From Sandaracinaceae bacterium (GTDB lineage: Bacteria; Myxococcota_A; Polyangia; Polyangiales; Sandaracinaceae): a stretch of 54,932 nucleotides of DNA. This document shows positions 50,609-54,932 of the stretch, piece after piece. Made by a program: the position numbers and the translations under genes. The notes beneath the pieces are model-generated. The model worked only from the letters and a program-made list of their open reading frames with translations. It did no database searches and was not told the DNA's origin. The DNA is taken from positions 1 to 54,932 of the forward strand of contig JBGAQA010000040.1 in the NCBI GenBank assembly GCA_044220955.1. Direction: 5' to 3'. Within the stretch, counting starts at the first letter, position 1; the number at the start of each line of letters is the position of its first letter.

Positions 50609-51568
50609 TCACCCCGGCGTCGGATCGTAGGGCCGCGTCCCCTGCTCCTCGACGTCCGCGATCGGCCCCTTCGCGAGCGCCAGGGCGAACGGGACGACCG
50701 CCTTCACGAGCCGGTCCCGCTCGCGGCCCGTCCGGTGGAGCTTCTCCTCGACGTGCCGCGCGATCGCCGCCTCGTCCACGAGCTTGCGCTCCTCGATCCC
50801 GATCACGAGCGCGCCCGCGTGGGCGGTGTCGTCCGGCTGGTCGAGCACGATCACCCGCTCGTGGAAGATCTTGAACCACGTCCTCTGGGTGTCGTAGCGC
50901 GCGGCCCGCATCGGATCGGGGATGAAGAAGAACGTGTGGAACGAGCGCAGCACCTCGCGCGCCGTCTCGTGGATGGGCACGTCGAGCTGCTCCGGGTCCC
51001 CGAGGATCGCGCGCACACGCTCCGCCATCAGCTGCGAGAACGGCGGCTCGTCGCCGGTCATCAGCAGGTAGCCCTTCTTCCCGCGCTTCTCGAGGCAGTC
51101 CATCTTCGTGTGCCGCGACGCGAAGCGCATCGCGAGGTCGTACGACTCGCCGAGCGCGCCGCCGCCGCCCTCGAGGTGGATCCGCGAGAGCCACTGATCG
51201 ATCAGCCCCGCCTCGCTCTCGAACTGCCCGACCTGCAGCGGCGAGCGGTCCGCGTGCGCGTTGCCGAGCGCCATGAACATCACCTGCGCGGAGGGCAGGA
51301 TCTCCAGCACGCTCGTCATGAAGTGCGGCAGCGTCCTCTTGGCCAGCCCGACGGGGATGTCGCCCATCGATCCGGTGACGTCGAGCGCGAAGATCACGCC
51401 GACCGAGTCGGGATGGGCCTCGCTGTCCCGGCTCTCGCGGAACTTCACGCCGAAGGGGCGCATGGTGGAGTGGCACTCGCGCCCGGCGAAGAGCGCGTCC
51501 TGCGCGACGTTCGCCCGCGCCTTGGTGATCTCGAGGTGCGCCGCCGCGCTGTAGCTGCCGTAGCCCAT
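50609..51568 (-). CDS. vWA-domain protein
   Basis: MGYGSYS N-terminus, RESRDS..HP, MIDAS DVTGSMG, PLQVGQFE, EGGGG..GESYDLA, KKGYLLMTGDE. Confidence 0.85.
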   Translation of the reverse strand: MGYGSYSAAAHLEITKARANVAQDALFAGRECHSTMRPFGVKFRESRDSEAHPDSVGVIFALDVTGSMGDIPVGLAKRTLPHFMTSVLEILPSAQVMFMALGNAHADRSPLQVGQFESEAGLIDQWLSRIHLEGGGGALGESYDLAMRFASRHTKMDCLEKRGKKGYLLMTGDEPPFSQLMAERVRAILGDPEQLDVPIHETAREVLRSFHTFFFIPDPMRAARYDTQRTWFKIFHERVIVLDQPDDTAHAGALVIGIEERKLVDEAAIARHVEEKLHRTGRERDRLVKAVVPFALALAKGPIADVEEQGTRPYDPTPG

Positions 51569-51586
51569 GACCGCGAGGCTACCCTC

Positions 51587-52996
51587 TCAGGCGGGCGTGC
51601 GCGCGAGGATCGTGAAGCGCGCGCCGCCGCCCTCGACGTTGTCCACGCTCAGCTTTCCACCGAAGCCCTCCACCAGCGAGAGGCAGACCGCGAGGCCGAG
51701 CCCCGTGCCGCTGCCGGGCGGCTTGGTCGTGACGAACGGCTCGAAGAGGCGGTCCCGGACCTCGGGCGCGATGCCCGGGCCGGTGTCGCTGACGGTCAGC
51801 ACGAGCGAGCCCGGCTCGCCTCCCTCGTCGAGCGCGATCGAGATGGTCCCGTCGCCCTCGATCGCGTCGGCCGCGTTGAGGAGCAGGTTCAGGAGCACCT
51901 GCGTCCAGCGGTCCTCGCTCCCGCGCACGCGCGGCAGATCGGCGGCGACGCGGCGCTCGATCGCGATGCGGCGCAGATCCTTCTGCGGCGCGACGAGCGT
52001 GACGGCGCGGTCGATCACGGCGGCGAGGTCGGTGCTCGCGCGCGCGTCCTCTCCCTGATCGGGCTGCGCCCGCGCGAAGTCGAGCAGGTCCCGGATGATC
52101 CGGTGGATGCGCTCGGTCTCGCCCTGGATGCGCTTCAGGAACTCGGCCTGCTCCGCCGGCTCGAGCCCGCCCTCGCGCAGGAGCTCGACCAGCCCGAGGA
52201 TCGAGGTGAGCGGGTTGCCGATCTCGTGCGCGATGCCCGCCGAGAGGCGCCCGACCGAGGCGAGCTTCTCGCTGCGGACCAGCGAGCTCTGCGCCGCGCG
52301 CAGATCGCGCGTGGTCTTCTCCAGCTCTGCCACCCGCGCATCGAGGGCGGCGCGCTCCCGGCGCAGGTCGCTCCCCATCGCGTTGAACGCCACCGAGAGC
52401 CGCGCCACCTCGGCGGCGCCGCCGATCGGCGCGCGCGCGTCGAGCTTGACCGCCGCGAGGCGCTCGGAGGCACGGGTGAGCGCCTCGACCGGCTGCACGA
52501 TGAGCCGCGTGAGCAGGACGTAGGTGAGGAAGAGGATCGCGAGCGCGGCGAGGCTCGCGTAGAGCACGAGCAGCGCCACGAGCGAGTGCCCGGCGTCCTC
52601 GCTCGGGCTCTGGATCCACACGCGTACCTCGCCGCCGGCGATCGCGCTGGTGCCGTAGACGCCCACGCCCGTGATGCCGCGCCGCTCGACGGCGCTCCCC
52701 TCCTCGAGGACGTCGAAGCCGAGCACGCCGCCCTCGCCCACGAACTCCTCGAGCGCCCGGTCGAGCAGGAGCGGCGGCGCGCTGGTGCGAACGATCGCCC
52801 GTCCGACGTCTCCCGCGACGACGTGCGCGAGCTGCTCGCGCTCGCGCTCGAGCGCGCGGGTCGCGAGCCGGTCGGCGCTCAGGGCCGTCATCAGCACGAA
52901 GAGGCCGAGCCCGAGCACGAGCGCCAGCGTGATCTGCCCCCGCAAGCCGAGGCCGACCGTGGCCGGCTCGCGGCGAAGCTCGTCTCGCTCGCTCAT
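51587..52996 (-). CDS. HAMP-domain sensor histidine kinase
   Basis: Two TM segments, HAMP, SEKLASVGRLSAGIAHEIGNPL (H box), QVLLNLLLNA, DTGPGI, FEPFVTTK, GTGLGL. Confidence 0.93.
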   Translation of the reverse strand: MSERDELRREPATVGLGLRGQITLALVLGLGLFVLMTALSADRLATRALEREREQLAHVVAGDVGRAIVRTSAPPLLLDRALEEFVGEGGVLGFDVLEEGSAVERRGITGVGVYGTSAIAGGEVRVWIQSPSEDAGHSLVALLVLYASLAALAILFLTYVLLTRLIVQPVEALTRASERLAAVKLDARAPIGGAAEVARLSVAFNAMGSDLRRERAALDARVAELEKTTRDLRAAQSSLVRSEKLASVGRLSAGIAHEIGNPLTSILGLVELLREGGLEPAEQAEFLKRIQGETERIHRIIRDLLDFARAQPDQGEDARASTDLAAVIDRAVTLVAPQKDLRRIAIERRVAADLPRVRGSEDRWTQVLLNLLLNAADAIEGDGTISIALDEGGEPGSLVLTVSDTGPGIAPEVRDRLFEPFVTTKPPGSGTGLGLAVCLSLVEGFGGKLSVDNVEGGGARFTILARTPA

Positions 52997-53064
52997 GCGC
53001 CGCGCGAGGATAGCGCACGTGTGCCCTCGACATCCGGGCATCGCCGGAGCCACGCTGGCCCCTC

Positions 53065-54618
53065 ATGTTGATCCTCGACCGACGGCGTGCCGGCGTGATG
53101 GTGCCTCTGTTCTCGCTCCGCAGCGGGACCGGCTGGGGCGTCGGCGAGTACACCGACCTGCCGCGCTTCGCCGCGTGGGCGATGCGGGGCGGCTTCTCGT
53201 GCGTGCTGACGCTGCCGCTCCTCGAGCCCTCGCCCGGACAGGACAGCCCCTACGCGTCGTGCTCGTTCTTCGCCCTCGACCCGCTCTACCTCGCGATCGA
53301 CGCCCTGCCGGACTTCGCGGGCCGAGGCTCGCTGACGCCGGCCGAGGCCGCGCTGCTCGAGGACGTGGAGGGCGCGCCGCGTGTCTCGCACGACAAGGTG
53401 CGCCGCCTGAAGACGGGCGTGCTGCGGCGGGCGTTCGAGGCCTTCACGACCAGCGTCGACGCGGGCTCCGAGCGCGCCCGCGATCTCGCACGCTTCGAGG
53501 AGGAGCACGCGCACTGGCTCCCGGCGTACGCGCTCTTCCGCACGCTCAAGAACGAGCGCCCGGGCAGCTGGCGCGAGTGGCCGGCCGCGCTCCGCGACGC
53601 CGCGCCGCACGCGCTCGCCGACGCGCGCGCCACGCACGCGCGCGAGATCCGCTTCCGCACGTACCTGCAGTGGCTCGCGTTCCGTCAGCTCGAGGCGGCG
53701 CGCCGCGCCACGAACGCGCTCGGCGTCGGGCTGATCGGCGACGAGCCCTTCCTCGTCGCCGACGACGCGGCGGACGTGTGGGCGCGCCAGGCGCTCTACC
53801 GCACGGACGCGACGGTCGGCGCGCCGCCCGACGCCTTCAGCGCGGAGGGACAGGAGTGGGGCCTGCCGCCCTATCGCTGGGAGGCGCTGAAGGAAGAGAA
53901 GTACGCGCTCTTCCACGCGCGCGGCGCGCACACCGCCAAGCTCTACGACGCGATCCGCATCGACCACGTCGTCGGCCTCTATCGCACGTACCTGCGCCCG
54001 CGCGACAAGGCGCAGAAGCACCACTTCGATCCCCCGGACCAGCCGGCGCAGCTCGCGCAGGGCGAGGCGGTGCTGAAGGCGCTCGGCGCGAGCGGCACGG
54101 AGCTGATCGCGGAGGACCTGGGCGTCATCCCGGACTTCGTGCGCCTCTCCCTCGAGACGCTCGGCATCCCCGGCCACCGCGTGCTGCGCTGGGAGCAGGA
54201 GCAGGGCCGCTACCGCGAGACCAAGACGTACCCCGAGCTCTCGCTCGCGACGACCGGCACGCACGACACCGAGACGAGCGCCGACTGGTGGGACGCGCTC
54301 GGCGAGTGGGAGCGCGCCGCGTTCACCTCGCTCGACGGCATGAAGCACCTCGCGAAGAAGGACTTCGAGCGCTGGGACGACCCGGTGTGGGCCGCGCTGC
54401 TCTGGAAGACCCTGAGCGCGCCCAGCCGGCTCGCGATCTTCCCGATCCAGGACGTGCTCTCGCTGCGCGCGCGCATCAACACGCCCAACACGATGGGGCC
54501 GGCGAACTGGTCGCTGCGCCTGCCCTGGACGCTGCCCGCGCTCGAGTCGGACGCGATCGTGGGCGCACGGCTGCGGCTGCTGAAGAAGCTGAGCACCGAT
54601 CAGGGCCGCGCGGGCTGA
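53065..54618 (+). CDS. malQ: 4-alpha-glucanotransferase (amylomaltase, GH77)
   Basis: AGVMVPLFSL, GVGE, DSPY, LIGD, GAPPDAFS..GQEWG, IRIDHVVG, AEDLG, TGTHDT, RINTP, NW. Confidence 0.93.
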   Translation: MLILDRRRAGVMVPLFSLRSGTGWGVGEYTDLPRFAAWAMRGGFSCVLTLPLLEPSPGQDSPYASCSFFALDPLYLAIDALPDFAGRGSLTPAEAALLEDVEGAPRVSHDKVRRLKTGVLRRAFEAFTTSVDAGSERARDLARFEEEHAHWLPAYALFRTLKNERPGSWREWPAALRDAAPHALADARATHAREIRFRTYLQWLAFRQLEAARRATNALGVGLIGDEPFLVADDAADVWARQALYRTDATVGAPPDAFSAEGQEWGLPPYRWEALKEEKYALFHARGAHTAKLYDAIRIDHVVGLYRTYLRPRDKAQKHHFDPPDQPAQLAQGEAVLKALGASGTELIAEDLGVIPDFVRLSLETLGIPGHRVLRWEQEQGRYRETKTYPELSLATTGTHDTETSADWWDALGEWERAAFTSLDGMKHLAKKDFERWDDPVWAALLWKTLSAPSRLAIFPIQDVLSLRARINTPNTMGPANWSLRLPWTLPALESDAIVGARLRLLKKLSTDQGRAG

Positions 54619-54722
54619 TCCTCGCAAGCAACGAGGTCCCGCGGGCCGCGACTGCATGGCTCGCGGCGTTCCGGCCGACCGATGGCCTCGCCTCCGGTAG
54701 CAACGCCGCCGACGGAACGCGC

Positions 54723-54932
54723 TCAGGCCTTGGCCGCCGCGCGGTACCCCTCGACGGTCTTGGCGATGCCTTCGACGTAGGGCGTCTTCTTCACCGTCGG
54801 GAGTTGGGCGCGGAGCTTCCGGTCGTCGAGCAGCACGGGCGTCTCCTGCAGGTACTGCATCTCCACGAGCTCACGCATCACGGGCGAGAAGAGCCCGAGG
54901 AAGCGCACCCACGTCTTGCCCGCGATCCTCAG
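54723..54932 (-). CDS. C-terminal fragment, probably NAD-dependent epimerase/dehydratase family (partial, runs off the right edge)
   Basis: Open frame ...LRIAGKTWVRFLGLFSPVMRELVEMQYLQETPVLLDDRKL...KTPYVEGI..., a typical C-terminus of that extended-SDR group. Confidence 0.6.
   Translation of the reverse strand: MRIAGKTWVRFLGLFSPVMRELVEMQYLQETPVLLDDRKLRAQLPTVKKTPYVEGIAKTVEGYRAAAKA

Overview
Very GC-rich, gene-dense bacterial chromosomal segment. The gene content points to a myxobacterium, probably Polyangia/Sandaracinaceae-like (inference): many Cys-rich lipoproteins with DAG/DGG linkers, three Hanks-type Ser/Thr kinases, and FHA- and GAF-type sigma54 activators. About 45 CDSs are supported. 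I saw no rRNA, tRNA, CRISPR array, transposase or integrase. The most striking feature is an apparently intact eukaryote-type bifunctional 6-phosphofructo-2-kinase/fructose-2,6-bisphosphatase (26859-28187). It is translationally coupled behind a membrane Ser/Thr kinase and followed by a membrane protein and a globin. Other highlights: (1) crtY-like and actinobacterial-type crtU-like aromatic-carotenoid genes split by three Cys-rich lipoprotein genes; (2) about 15 predicted lipoproteins, several built from unfamiliar Cys repeats, plus lgt; (3) an SDR whose catalytic YxxxK is replaced by LGAAH; (4) a 57-aa lipoprotein ORF missed by the ORF track; (5) a kinase with a duplicated membrane module; (6) a window-wide pattern of -10 hexamers 6-8 nt before start codons, suggesting leaderless mRNAs. 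All calls come from reading motifs by eye; no searches were run.
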